In this document: piece by piece, positions 1 to 14,069 of the stretch
How positions within the stretch are numbered: position 1 is the first letter of the stretch
Layout of the letters: each line of letters begins with the position of its first letter
DNA from: Octopus vulgaris
Lineage: Eukaryota
Length of the DNA stretch: 64,000 nucleotides
Direction: 5' to 3'
Assembly: GCA_951406725.2 (NCBI GenBank)
Contig: OX597814.1
Location: 211,172,001 to 211,236,000, forward strand
Position numbers and translations under genes: made by a program
The notes under the pieces: model-generated
Seen by the model: only the letters and a program-made list of their open reading frames with translations
Database searches by the model: none
Told to the model about the DNA's origin: nothing

Positions 1-1055
1 ACGTCGTTAACTCCCCTGGAATATCTAGTATTTGTGCAGAATATTATAAATCATATTAGCATAAATATATGGAGTGAGCAACTAATACACTTTGAATAGG
101 CTTGATTCTTGTAAATGTCTTCCAATAATGAAAACAATAATGTAAAAGGATACGAGGATCGGCATAGCAATTTATCATTCTAGGCTATATACATTCTGGA
201 AAATAAATGGAAACATATGGCCTTTACGGAAGCGATGTATATATTACTCTTCATAACAATATATAATGTCGATAAGGTATCATGCGTAACTTTATATATA
301 TGTAACTCTGTGCCGTATATAGATTTGTAAATAATTCAATACGCTTAAGCGTAAGATGTGTAAGTATTACTGCGGGCGTGTGAAAGGCTATAATTATATC
401 TGTTCAGATGCAACTGAGAATAAATTTTATTGCGGGGAGAAGTAATTTTCCCTATTATACAATGTGTCACCCATACACCCCGATGTTATTCTTGTGATTC
501 ACAAGACTCGCTAAAATACTAAAATATGTTGCAAAATACTGAAAAGGTATATACAATAATGGAATAATAAAGGATCCTAACCTTCGCAAGGAAAAAAAAA
601 ATACTTAGCTTGTGAAGATCTCAATATTACTATCGACGCATTCTTAAGCAATGTAACTCGTACGCGCCTCGAAACGTGCACGCACACTCACAAACACAAA
701 TACACATACACACTTCGTCATACCTGGATAGATATATAGAATTATAACAGATTAATTGACAGATGCTTGTAGAGCAGATATATACACACATAGGTAGTGA
801 AATATCTCTAAGCATAACATGTGTATATACATATTGAGAAAGAGAGCAAGCAATTGAAAGAGAAAGAGTAAGAGAAAAGAGAGAATGAGCGAGAGTGAAA
901 GAAAGTGAAAGAGAAAGCGGAACCGAGATACAGAAATAGATAACTATAAACATATAAAATATCATTTATGCTCGATATAGAAATCTATAATATCCTGTCA
1001 GTTACCAGTAATTCAAAATTGCACGTATATGTATATGTATGAAAGTAAACAATTG

Positions 1056-1282
1056 CTGGGGGTGGTGCGGAAAAGGTTTCTGGCTTTGGGTAAAAAGAAT
1101 ATACAGGAGGATCGGTTAATTGATTATGATTTTATTCAACATTTTTTTTTCCTCTCAGGTTCCCAAACTCATTGCAGCTGTCCTTCAGTTTATCTATGCC
1201 CTGAAAACGAAATCGAGAGGTTGGGCTTACAAGCAAGTCTTTCGTGATGCTCCTAAAGCTAGGAACTTTTCAGCACACCATC

Positions 1283-1285
<3 letters not shown>
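1056..1285. mobile_element. Mariner-type MITE (about 230 bp)
   Basis: Imperfect TIRs GGTGGTGCGGAAAAGGTTTCTGGCTTT (left) and AAAGCTAGGAACTTTTCAGCACACCATCG|TA (right); right end abuts TA; no coding capacity. Confidence 0.7.
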
Positions 1286-1376
<91 letters not shown>

Positions 1377-1484
1377 ATATGTATGTATGTATGTATGTAT
1401 ATATATATATACATATATATTTGTATATACATATACATACATACATACATACATACATACATACATACATACATACATACATAC
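1284..1484. repeat. Compound microsatellite (TA)n/(TATG)n/(TACA)n
   Basis: Directly visible; representative of dozens of similar arrays in the window. Confidence 0.98.
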
Positions 1485-1489
1485 TTGGG

Positions 1490-1695
1490 AAATGTAACCA
1501 TACCTAGATTATTGGGCGTTTTTTTACCTCCTTCCTACTTCTTCCCTTTGGACTTTGCGTTTTTTCCTGTTTCCGAAGAAGAGCTATGCTACAAACGTAG
1601 AACAACAACACTTTACCTCCTGAGTGTGACATATTAATACGATGCTTGTGCTCTTTTTTGTTGTTTTTTTCCTCCTGTTTATTTTTAATTAACTA
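1490..1695 (+). mobile_element. PLE terminal-repeat-like element, family P1, degenerate hammerhead-like core
   Basis: Homologous to the reverse complement of 15055-15255; contains CCGAAGA-A-GAGC-TAT-GCT-ACAAAC-GT at 1573-1598; microsatellites on both sides. Confidence 0.55.
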
Positions 1696-1702
1696 CATAC
1701 AT

Positions 1703-1752
<50 letters not shown>

Positions 1753-3566
1753 GGGGTGGTAATGGTGGGGGTATATATGTAGGTACATATATATACATAC
1801 ACACACAAACACAAACACCAACGTGTCTGTGTGTGCAAATGTATATATGTATATGTACGTACTTTTGTAATCATATATGCGTATATGCGTATGCATTTTC
1901 GGTCCGCTATCTGTGATTTTCCCTTCTCACTTATTATCAATATACCTGCCTTATTCTTCTTCATTACTGTCACACCTCGGTTTGCTTTTTCCGTCAACCT
2001 TTCTCACTTGTCAAACTTTCTTCTTTCTGTATTGTTGTGCAACCCTCCTTTATTTTCCAACTTTCTGTTCATTCAATCTCTATCGATATTTGTACCTTGC
2101 TGACTTTGTTTTATATGAGCGCGCTACAACCTGCATCACTTAACTTGCAATTCGGCCAAACATGGTGGAATAGGAAGGCATTACTCAGAAGAACACTGAA
2201 CAATTTCGGTCTTAAAAGACGTATTACGGCAATCTAATTATTTTCTATTTGTTGAGCATCTTATTCAAACCAAAATCCGGCAAGCAATGACCCTTATACA
2301 ACGCTATTTTTGAGCGGTTTATGTTAATTATGCAACGTCACCATCTACCACTGTGGAATAATAATACATTTAATAATTTGCATTGGTAGGTAAATTACGT
2401 ATACCTCTTCATATAGATGTTTTTGTTTTCTCTTTGAGTAAGCTGCCAGATTTTTGAAAGTTTTCTTGCGCCAAATATGTTTCAAATTTAAGTTATTGCA
2501 TACAGGTGAAGTACCACGCAAGTCACAAACGTTATTAAGAAAAGGAAATTAATTTACATATCCCTATAATTATCCCTATTTATACACCATCTACAAAGCG
2601 AACACAAGTGTAAATGTAGATAAATTTGCATAATTTCAATAATTGCTACAGGCAAAACCACTTTGCTTAATGCCGTTTCGTGCACAATTAATGTATGTAT
2701 GTGTGTTTGTGAGTAAGTATTTGTGTGTATTTGGTTGTGCGTATGCATATGATTATTTATTTATATATTTGTGTATATACATAGATGTATTTACATACGT
2801 ATCTTTATGTGCGTCTAAAGTTTGGTCTAAATACCACAAATGTTATTACATATATATATATGTGTGTGATTGTGTGTTAAATATGTATTTTATAATCGTT
2901 TGAATCTTGGCTTCTGAAATCAATGAAATGGTCATTTAATATATCGTTAACTTCGTATTTTTCAATTTGGCATACACTACCATTCAACCGAATCGATGAT
3001 AAGTGTTATATTAATGACGCTATTCATAGGCTAATATTTAGAAGAATAGGAAACTTTATAATAGAAATATGACTTACGATGTTTATTACGCCTGTCCATT
3101 ATGCTACTTGTACAGAAAAAAGCTAAAAAGTATTTCGGTTGCAACAATAAAATGTTGATGGCTTGCTTATTTATTAGGAATCCAATCTCCTGTATGCGTC
3201 ACACAACGGAAATAACAGAGAGATTATCCTTTATAGTAGTGCCATTATATATATTTGTCATAATTATTTGATTACTAGTTTCTTACATAAAATAATCGTT
3301 ATAAATAGGAAGGGTATTGACTATTTAAATAAGGTTATTCCTGTTCCCAGTGGACATTAGTAACTTACTTGTTGTTTCACATGAAATAATGCAGCGAAAT
3401 TGGAATACTTCTACGGCAAATGGTGCTGTAGGGCTCGTAACATTAATGCAGAAGAATACAGGATGTGTCTATAGACATGATACGCCTTAGGATACTTACT
3501 GTATAATTCAATTATTAAACTACATCCTTTATATTTTTGCGTTGCCAAAATACAATCAGTTTCACT

Positions 3567-3599
<33 letters not shown>

Positions 3600-3607
3600 T
3601 AATGCAA

Positions 3608-3663
<56 letters not shown>

Positions 3664-4260
3664 TTAATGAGATGTTAGCATCCAAGTTCCGCTGTTTTTA
3701 TCCAGTGTATCGGTGAAATACTGAAAAGTTGTAACGGTTTCTTTTTCTTAATGATAACATAAACATGTGCAGATAACTAGCCGAATGTTAATATACTGAA
3801 TGTGACAATCATCAATCAATCCATTGAGATATGATACTTTTTTATATAGATTTCTAACACACATGAAATATTCAATTAACTATATTCAAATGCGTATACA
3901 CACACACAGACACACACACGTATATATATATATATATATATATATACATACGAGCATATGTCTGTGTAGGTGTGTCTGCTTGCGTGCGTGTGGGTTAGTC
4001 AGTGTGTGTGTGTACGGATATGAATACATAAAACAAAGTAATGATGATACTTGTATTACATTTATCCCTGGCTTAAATCTGTTTCAAGAACTTGTGATCA
4101 AATGAATTAGTCAACTTGGTAACATTGATATAATTACCCGTATGCCATTTACCATTTGATACTGAATATGTAATGCAAAGTCCATGCTCATTTTTACATA
4201 ACTGAATAAATATATTCAAACGAATTAGAAATTGAATATCATATATTCATCTTCTTCCAT

Positions 4261-4347
4261 CTTTTTACATAAATTACTTAACTTTTTACATAAATTACTT
4301 AACTTTTTACATAAATTACTTAACTTTTTACATAAATTACTTAACTT
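4261..4347. repeat. Perfect 21-bp tandem repeat, 4 copies
   Basis: Unit CTTTTTACATAAATTACTTAA repeated four times without mismatch. Confidence 0.97.
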
Positions 4348-4387
4348 ATTCTGTCGACACAGCTCTAACCAATGAATACAAAATACA

Positions 4388-4794
4388 TACTCTTTTACTT
4401 GTTTCAGTCATTTGACTGCGGCCATGCTGGAGCACTGCCTTTAGTCGAGCAAATCGACCCCGGGACTTATTCTTTGTAAGCCCAGTACTTATTCTATCGG
4501 TCCCTTTTGCTGAACCGCTAAGTGACGGGGACGTAAACACACCAGCATCGGTTGTCAAGCATTGCTAGGGGGACAAACACAGACACACAAACATATACAC
4601 ACTCACTTATATACATATATATACATATATACGACAGGCTTCTTTCAGTTTCCGTCTACCAAATCCACTCACAAGGCATTGGTCGGCCCGGGGTTTTAGC
4701 TGAAGGCACTTGCCCAAGATGCCACGCAGTGGGACTGAACCCGGAACCATGTGGCTGGTTAGCAAGCTACTTACCACACAGCCACTCCTGCGCC
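4388..4794 (-). mobile_element. tRNA-derived SINE family A, full length
   Basis: Minus-strand head GGCGCAGGAGTGGCTGTGTGG (A box) ... GGTTCAGTCCC (B box), internal microsatellite, tail GAAACAAGTAAAAGAGT; many copies in the window. Confidence 0.9.
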
Positions 4795-5488
4795 ATGTAC
4801 AAGTTATTTTTAAAAGAACGCTGTGAATAACATAGGCATCTAATAAAGTATGGTCTTACATAAAAGCAATACAGTGTAATAATTCTCAACTTGAGTTTAG
4901 GATATTTATTTCATATGGTGTTAAAGCCGCGTTCATTTATGCTGCGGAACTACATAGTCTCAGATGTAATTTCAGTGATATCAGATAGAATTTGGGATTT
5001 CGCCAGCCTCTCTGTTCCGTTTAGATTCACATTCACTGTTCAATTTTTACAAGCTTAAATCAATTATTGCTTCTAAAAATACTATTGATATATATTTTTT
5101 CTTGGAGAAAATCAGATTGTGGGTGAATTCCATACTTAATTGGTAAATTCCATCGTATCTTGATGCTCATACTCCATAATTACCCAGAAAGCTCTGCTGT
5201 AAGTAAACTAGTTAATGAGACCTGTAGCTTCAATCAACGTAATTGTATATAGATATGTGTGTGTTCAAATCATTTTATCCAGTGAAATTTGCCCTGGTTA
5301 CAATGTATTATTATATGTGCTTCGGAAGTTAATGCTTAGTGGAATGACTTCGATCGACATTGGGATAAAATTATAACACGGAATAACATCCATGTAAAAA
5401 TATCAGATTGGGAATTTCTCATTATTGTAAAATTAATGTTTTGATATATATATATATATACATGCATGTGTGCGTGCGTGCGTGTGTG

Positions 5489-5534
<46 letters not shown>

Positions 5535-5794
5535 AATAGATAGATAGATAGATGGAAAGAAAGAAAGAAACATGTTATACAGATGATGAGTACAGTATTT
5601 TTCAGTAATGAAATTACTAGATACTTCTCTTTCAGATAATGAAGGCCAATGCACCTTAAAAATCGGTTGTTCATAAATAGAATGTGTTTGCTCTGGGATA
5701 AACCAAAATAGCAACAACAGAATTAGGCTACCATTCTAACAACCCCTATAGTCTTAGAAAAATATAAATTTCATTAATGTTGATTTCAAATATT

Positions 5795-5975
5795 AGTATA
5801 AGGTCTGCAGTTTCAGTGTAGTGGTTGAGTTGATTGCATCATCTTGTATTTATTCTATCTACCACCGAAAGGATGAAAGGGAAGTTCGACATCGGCGGAA
5901 TTTCAACTCAAAACGTGAAGATAGACGAAATGCCTATAATTATTTTGCCAAGCGCGGAAACGATTCTGCCAGCTC
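5795..5975 (-). mobile_element. SINE family D, degenerate copy
   Basis: CCGAAAGGATGAAAGG...CGGCGGAATTTCAACTCA...TTCTGCCAGCTC matches the reverse complement of the 7601 element. Confidence 0.7.
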
Positions 5976-6881
5976 AGTTCTATTCATTGTATTGAAAACA
6001 ACATTCTCCCACAACAAACATTAACCTCTTATAAACCTATGAATCAGATTCCAGAGAAATTATATCACGAAACTTACTAAATACAATCAAGAGGTTCTTG
6101 AAAATTGCAGCTCCAGCAAAGATTAGAGTATATAAATCCAAACAGTTTGCCCGTTCCAATATATACTGCACATAATATATAGAGGAGCAACGATGTTCAC
6201 CCATATTTGCTCGGCGTTCATAGTGCAACAGAAATTTATGAAGAGCTGCCTTCTTTGCTCTAAAACAACATTCGTTACAATAAAGCAAAGGTATAACACC
6301 TTAAATTACAAATTCCAACCCTCTATTTAAGCACAGGAGATGCGTCATGAAATCACAAAATAAGTTCTCGAACAAGGCACTCATATATTCATAACACCGT
6401 AATAGAAGCAATAGAAAAAATATAAAAAGCAATGTGTATATACATACGATCTACAATTTTATCAACTAACCCAAGAGACCAGAAGCTAAATTCTTAAATA
6501 ATAACATGAACGTGCCCAAAATATCACCATTAGAAGAGACTTTAACACGCAGAATGTTAACAGTACAAAATCAATAAGTACAAGACAACACGAAACATGT
6601 TAGCTATCATATAAAAACTGCTTCTACATCCAAACATATCTCTCCGTCAGTGACATATATCACCGAGATAAATACATTTATTTTTCTCCGTGTATCATTT
6701 AGGATAACAGAAATAAATGACACGAGATAACTCAGCCGATCACTCTTACACTTTAAGAGACAAAGCTGTCGAAACGTTAGAGGTATTTGTCGAACCGCAA
6801 CCACAAAAACATATTTACATTTCGCTGTTTCGAGCAACATCAAAATGCTAACATACAGAGAGCAATACATATATTCTATGC

Positions 6882-7263
6882 GTGGAGGCGCAATGGCCCA
6901 GTGGTTAGGGCAGCGGACTCACGGTCGTAGGATCGCGGTTTCGATTCCCAAACCGGGCATGGTAAGTGTTTATTGAGCGAAAACACCTAAAGCTTCACAA
7001 GGCTCCTGCAGGGGGGGGGGGTGAACCCTGCTGTACTCTTTCACCACAACTTTCTCTCACTCATTCTTCCTGTTTCTGCTGTACCTGTATTTCAAAGGGC
7101 CAGCCTTGTCACACTCTGTGTCACGCTGAATCTCCTCGAGAACTACGTTAAGGGTACACGTGTCTGTGGAATGCTCAGCCACTTGCACGTTAATTCCACG
7201 AGCAAGCTGTTCCGTTGATCGTATCAGCTGGGACCCTCATCGTCGTAACCGACGGAGTGCTCC
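6882..7263 (+). mobile_element. tRNA-derived SINE family B (tRNA-Arg-like head), full length
   Basis: Head GTGGAGGCGCAATGGCCCAGTGG ... GGTTTCGATTCC; 12-bp TSD TATATTCTATGC at 6870-6881 and 7264-7275; closely similar copies at 13683 and 44043. Confidence 0.92.
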
Positions 7264-7597
7264 TATATTCTATGCACTAAACGCAAAGAGGCATCAAAAG
7301 AATACAATGTGAAATATATTATAAAACCACATTATTTGCACACGGCAAATAGCTAATCCAATACGGTTATATTTAAGTGTATCCTCAGCATTGCATAGGT
7401 ATAATTAGAAGAGAATATCAAAAATAATTATCGAATGAAATAATAAATTGAAGATAACGAATTTAAAAATGAATCTCATTGTAGGAAAGTAAAACTAGGC
7501 GAGGCGGACTCTATTGTAGAGGAATTTACGCTCTTCGAATTTTCTTCCTTCTATTTGTTTATACCCGGCAATATGTTTGATGGTAATTAAGTTGCTG

Positions 7598-8015
7598 AAA
7601 GGCGGCGAGCTGGCAGAAACGTTAGCACGCCGGGCGAAATGCTTAGCGGTATTTCGTCTGCCGTTACGTTGTGAGTTCAAATTCCGCCGAGGTCGACTTT
7701 GCCTTTCATCCTTTCGGGATCTATGAATTAAGTACCAGTTACGCACTGGGGTCGATGTAATCGACTTAATACCTATGTATGTCCTTGTTTGTCCCCTCTG
7801 TGTTTAGCCCCTTGTGGGTAATAAAGAAATAGGTATTTCCTCTGCCGTTACGTTGTGAGTTCAAATTCCGCCGAGGTCGACTTTGCCTTTCATCCTTTCG
7901 GGATAGTTGAACTAAGTACCAGTTACGCACTGGAGTCGATGTAATCGACTTAATACCTATGTCTGTCCTTGTTTGTTCCCTCTGTGTTTAGCCCCTTGTG
8001 GGTAATAAAGAAATA
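7598..8015 (+). mobile_element. SINE family D with tandemly duplicated body
   Basis: Head GGCGGCGAGCTGGCAGAAACGTTAG, B box GAGTTCAAATTCC; body repeated from about 7832; 16-bp TSD GGTAATTAAGTTGCTG at 7582-7597 and 8016-8031. Confidence 0.9.
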
Positions 8016-9137
8016 GGTAATTAAGTTGCTGGGACTCAAATTTATGTATGTTTGCCGTGATTGATATCTACCATATGAAGTATCACACATTTATCTATAC
8101 TATGAAGCGTGAAAGATTATTGAAATGCTAAAAAATAATTCGCAAAGCAATACTGTTTTTTATCATTAACTCTAAATTTCTTGTGGCAATGCTTAAATGT
8201 ACAGAATATCAAGAAATGATTACCGAGCAAAAAGTAATCACATATCCTTTTCCATCCATTTACAATATGAATGATCATAATGCAAAAAGAAAAAAAAGGA
8301 AACGTGCATGTACATTGAAAAAAACTGACATCGGCCAACTAACGATGAAAACTATTTTGTTTGTGAATAGCATCTATCTCAGCTCAGTTTCTCTAGGACT
8401 CTTGGAAATCGATGAAAGTTGATATGAATAATGGAATACTTGTTAGAGTATAGGTGGAAATATGTCGAGTTAGTTACTGAAGGTGTTACGTTTTGTGTAG
8501 GGATAGATATTGATAGAGAACTTTTGCCTTCATCAGCGCCTTGATAAAGTCGTTATTAAACTAAAATCTGAAAATGTCAACGTCTTGATAAATATGAAAC
8601 AATGCGTTTATTGCTTGAAAGAATGATCTCAATCAGCAATAGTTTCAGTTGTTACATCATCACTTCAATATCGACAAAATCTCGAAATTCTAAAGATCAG
8701 CTTAATTCACATATCTCATCTTCGACAGTACTTAAAATGATAGGAAAAATATTACTTCGATATCAACAACATTATCCTTCAATTTTATATCAAACGATTA
8801 CACTTAGATACCATAATCAATCCACTTCTACTTCAACTACACACATATGAAGAACTTACTAAACATCTCTAAAATATGATTAAAATCTGTTCCAGGTGAA
8901 CTAATTATAAGATCATCAAGATTATTGATTACAAGGAGACATTGCACGATTTGCAAGAAGAATTGCTGAATAAAGCAAGGAAATGCCCTCCTGCTGAATA
9001 GTTTAATTGAGAAATACATGAATTTCCGACCCAAGAAGAAATAATAGTTTTCTACGATATATGTGTGTGTGAGAGAGATTGTGGTATGTGCGTGCGTATA
9101 TGTACAGGTGTCTATGTTTATGTGTATGTGTGTGTGT

Positions 9138-9194
<57 letters not shown>

Positions 9195-10853
9195 GTGTAT
9201 GGATATTTATGTGAGTACGATTTTTTATGTGCTTGTGTAACGTTGGAATTTTCTGTAAGTTAGCGGCGTACAGCTACCGCATTTCTATAACGACCCACAA
9301 ATCTGAATCCTTCCTGTCTGCCTTTCTCTCCCTTTCTCCTCTCCCTCTTTCTCCCCTTCTCTCTCACACACATACACACTCTCTCTCTCTCTCTTTCACT
9401 CTCACTGGATCTGGGACATATTACGAGTAGTACGCCATTAAATAACCATCAGTAGACCATATCTTTCCCACTCAAATCATGCAAGCAATAAAAAAGAGAA
9501 GCATTAACCATTTTATTTTCTTATAGTATATGATTTCTATAATGCACATTAAAAAATACGCGTCCCAAAATGCTACTGTTTCCGTTGTTCAAGTTGACTG
9601 GGATTCCGATGCCTTTTTTTGAACCAATATTTATAAGGATGAGGCATTTTTGAAACTTTTGTTTTTATTTCCCACACAACACTTATTATGGAATGCATAA
9701 TATAAAACATGTTAAAGTGCTCATTTTTTTGTCGGGGAATACCTAGATAACTGGCGCTGTAAAATCAACAGCATCATTTGATTATATACATATCGGAAAA
9801 ATGTAACTAAATCAGAAATATCAGTATGATTTAAAGAAGAAGCGAAGAGAAATTGATTTTAGAGGAAATTGTTGAAAACTGATGCAGGTTAAATGCATTC
9901 CATAATATTTTGAAGAATAACAAACTTTTTATTATCCTTTATCAAATTGATGCACTAGTGTAAACCTTTGAGAAATATATTTTCTCAGAATATTATTACG
10001 TTTTCAGTTAAATATATGGATATGCTTGTTCAGTTTTCTATTGATTATATCGACCCGTTCTATAAATTTTAACATAATCAAGAAAGAATGAATAAACACA
10101 AAAAAATATTTCTGCATTTGCTTCGCATGTTTCCTAGGGGGGAATAATATTTTTTTATTGTTCATAATTTAAATTGTTTTGCAAAACATTGAAATTTCAG
10201 AAGAATGTACACATTCATTTAATGAATGCTATTGTGATTTTGTATACGCAATAAAAAGACTGCAATATAATATCCCTGGATTTTCTAAAAGAATTAATGT
10301 TGTACATAGTATTATCGTATTACTAATATATTAATTTTTGCATGATTTTAGTAATATTGTACCAATATTATAATACAATGATTATTTCTAATATATATTT
10401 TATTTTGCTTGTGTTTTCCTTTTACTGTTAAATGGATATGTGTATGTGTGTGTGTAAGTGTGTGTGTATGTGTGTATAGTCCATATAAATAAAAAAAAGT
10501 GAAAAATGAATGGGCAGGAATTGAAAAGAATGAATTTAATGGGCAGCTAAACAATTAACGTATATTTACATGTGACCCCCTTATATCGTTATGGTATGTA
10601 GCTACAACAATTGTATCAATGGTGAATCAAAATAATGCTACAGTGTACAGGCACTAAGCTGCGTATTACATCGGTGTTTAGAAATAGCATAAATCACAAA
10701 TTTAATGCAGTGGAAAAATACGCACATTATATTTATTGTTTTATACTCTTTTGAAAAATACAGGTAAATCTCTCAGAAACGCGAGAGAAAAAAATGCAAA
10801 ATTTTTAATTATAAAATTCAGATATGCAAGTGAATTAATAATAAGCCAAAATA

Positions 10854-11419
10854 TTGGGTTGTCCGGAAAGTTCGTGCCAATTTTTAAAGGAGAAAAAAGG
10901 TCAATAAATACTTACCATTACATTTTTAATCAACCAAATATGAATCATTTTGTTGCACAATGCGTCTCCATCTTTTCTTTAACTTGACAATACCCTCTTC
11001 CCAGAATTGAGGCGGTTTTATGGCAAAGAATTCATCAAGGTATGTTTTTACGTCATCCAAGCAAGTGAAATTGTTACCATTAAGACTATTCTGCAGAGAC
11101 CTGAATAAGTGGAAATCCGAAGGAGCAATATCTGGTAAATATGGAGGGCGGGGGTAACACATCCTATACGAGCTGCAGCAATTTTTTTCTTGTTCCTAAA
11201 GCATCACGTGCCGAAAATGAACTTTCTTATCTTCCATTTTAAAGAGTTACAGAATTAACACGGGTTATAGGAACGTAAACCTTCTTCCACGAAAAGATAG
11301 CATAAACCGTGCTCTAAATAGAGGTCTAGCCAAATCCTATTTTATGGACTCAAACATGTTCTGAAATAAGTCGAAATTTAAGCTGCTATAAATCGGCACG
11401 AACTTTACGGACAACCCAA
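10854..11419 (-). mobile_element. Internally deleted mariner transposon
   Basis: TA|TTGGGTTGTCCGGAAAGTTCGTGCC ... GGCACGAACTTTACGGACAACCCAA|TA TIRs with TA TSD; ORF 10926-11162 has YLPDIAPSDFHLF, the mariner YSPDLAPSD motif. Confidence 0.93.
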
Positions 11420-11569
11420 TAACTACTTTCACATTGCTACTCAATCCTAATTTGACTTCATATTTTGAATATTTTCAAAATGAGAAGCACTTTGCAATAT
11501 GTTCCTCTGCATAAGAAAATGATTAGTAATCATATTTATTATTATCATTATCATTATTGATAAGGCGGC

Positions 11570-12143
11570 AAGCTGGCATTAGTTTTCGGTAGGTCTTGAC
11601 AGATACGTTTATGTCGATTGGGACAGTCATATCAATGAGGAAGTATGAATTTGTCTGAAGTCTTTCAAAATGATGTCTGGCCTATTTGCATCTATCTTTC
11701 TGTTAGTTTAAATGGTGAAGTTCCAGGGGAGTTAGATGTCATTTTCAAGCAAAGTTTTTATTATGTGGCAAGTCTAGGTTGTGGCTAATTACCCAGTGAA
11801 TATATTGTGCAGCTCTATCATGCCTGTTGAGATTCTCTATAGGCGAAAGAAAACTGCACATGGAGACTACACGATCAATGGTCTCATTTTGTTGTTGAAA
11901 TATTGGGTAGCTGCCGATCTGTAATATGTTGGCCTGGTAGTTCCTTATAGGTAAGCATTGATCTTGGGCTGTTATGATAACCCCTTCTGTTTCTGATTTT
12001 AAACCAGAAGCCATTAGCCATTGATGAATAAGGGCTTTGTCAACATCGGCATTATTCGCTCCCTATGGTTATTTGCCATTGACAGGCTATTCTTGCCATT
12101 TATCAATCAGAAGTTTTAGCTCACGTTTTCAAGCGCTTAACTT
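11570..12143 (-). mobile_element. Non-LTR retrotransposon remnant with REL endonuclease (R4/Dong-like)
   Basis: LKSETEG..AQDQ, ETID..C, RHD..IHW (CCHC/RHD region) followed by NRPDII; runs into the N gap. Confidence 0.8.
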
Positions 12144-12243
12144 NNNNNNNNNNNNNNNNNNNNNNNNNNNNNNNNNNNNNNNNNNNNNNNNNNNNNNNNN
12201 NNNNNNNNNNNNNNNNNNNNNNNNNNNNNNNNNNNNNNNNNNN
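12144..12243. other. Assembly gap (100 N)
   Basis: Run of N. Confidence 1.
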
Positions 12244-12494
12244 GCATGTTTAAATGCTTCATAACATCGTTGAAAGGTATTTTTTTAATCAACTAAGCGA
12301 TAGACTCATGAGCTGTGTTATGAGCTAAGTGAATATGTGGCACACAATACTATACGTCAGAGATAACGACACTTAAAGATAATCTTGGGCTGAGACTGTT
12401 ACAGTGCAGCAAACGAACTAAAGTCGTTAGCCAAAATATCAAACTTGCATGGATATTGAAAGAAATACACGCACCGCACATGCATGTTCTTTCA

Positions 12495-12525
<31 letters not shown>

Positions 12526-13045
12526 ACTATCAATCTATCTATCAACCAATCTATCCATCTATCTAACTATCTATATATCTATATATCTGTGTATCTATTT
12601 TAACACACCTTCAGACACATAGGAATCTATATATTTCCTTGCTTGTATATTGTTGACGATCTTCTTGGTAAAGAGAAAATTAAATATATAGTAAAGTATA
12701 TCCATGACTGTGAATTTATTTAACAGTGGTGCTTTAATTTTGCATGTATGTATACATTATAACATATCTATTTTCGCTATATTACATCATCTATAACATA
12801 GCTAGGCTTCACATTATCTCATATGTTGGTTATATCAATTTTGCAAGATATAAGAGAAATATTGCGTATATTTTTCTCATGTTTTTCAGGTAATATCAAT
12901 TTACATTTGAGTGTAATCTTAACAGAAACCAGTATACCCTCTAATTTATCAAAATATATAATGGTGCGAATGTTTTCATATATGCACACATACACCAACG
13001 TTTATAATATACATATAGATATTTATATGTATGTACGTATATGTG

Positions 13046-13079
<34 letters not shown>

Positions 13080-13682
13080 TCTCAGTGTATATAATTGTTT
13101 AGGAGAACGATGTAGAAACCAAAACAATAATCCAGGTTGTAAAAGAGGACAGTTTCGCTTTAAGACATTTGGTAGTTATCTTATTCATTCATTGCTGTGT
13201 TTTTTTTTACTCTACGTCTTTCTTTGCAGAACTTACTTCTTTAGCAATAATATCATAACATAAGGTTTTTGTCTTAGTTGAAGATATTATTAAAAAAATA
13301 TAATTGCTATTATTTACAAATACATACGGTAATATATATTTTGCACGCATAGAAAATTAAAACAAAATATTTCTTATGAGAAGTGACGGAAGAAAGGAGA
13401 AATTATACATTGTGGATGTGAATAAGATAAATCGTGAAAGGTAAGGAAATGTATTCAGTAAAATGCCTTGACACCAATACATTGATGCAGGTAAATTTTG
13501 GATTGCTAAATAAATATATCTAAATATCTAAAAAAAACATTCTGTATACGCTTCAGAGAAATTTAAATACGTCGAATCTCCTGAAACTGAGTAAATATCA
13601 TGACTGTTAAGACAGGCATTTTTCTAAGGTTTACAATGCACGTAAATTGACATACATACAGTAGCATTCGTCTATAACGACA

Positions 13683-14069
13683 GTGGAGGCGCAATAGCCC
13701 AGTGGTTAGGGCAGCGGACTCGCGGTCGGAGGATCGCGGTTTCGATTCCCAGACCGAGCATTGTGAGTGTTTATTGAGCGAAAACACCCAAAGCTCCACG
13801 AGGCTCAGGCAGGGGGTGGTGGTGAACCCTGCTGTACTCTTTCACCACAACTTTCTCTCGCTCTTTCTTCCTGTTTCTCTTGTACCTGTATTTCAAAGGG
13901 CCAGCCTTGTCACACTCTGTGTCGCGCTGAATCTCCTCGCGAACTACGTTAAGGGTACACGTGTCTGTGGAGTGCTCAGCCACTTGCACGTTAATATCAC
14001 GAGCAAGCTGTTGCGTTGATCGTATCAGCTGGGACCCTCATCGTCGCAACGGACGGAGTGCTCCTATAC
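13683..14069 (+). mobile_element. SINE family B, full length
   Basis: Closely similar to 6882-7263; flanked by CTATAACGACA / CTATAACTACA, a probable TSD with one mismatch. Confidence 0.9.

Noticed and set aside
1120-1916. YIYI/VCVC/HTHT ORFs here and throughout the window
   Set aside because: Translations of stop-free di- and tetranucleotide microsatellites.
4261-4347. Possible CRISPR-like array
   Set aside because: No spacers, eukaryotic context, no cas genes.
6882-6956. tRNA-Arg gene
   Set aside because: Continues into a SINE body with TSD; three copies in the window.
6966-7218. Recurring ORFs MFIERKH.../MNPAVLFHH... (also at 13.7 kb)
   Set aside because: They recur because they lie within SINE B copies.
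8478-8540. Minus-strand CTGATGAAGG...AAAACGTA as a hammerhead
   Set aside because: Core incomplete and pairing weak; consistent with chance.
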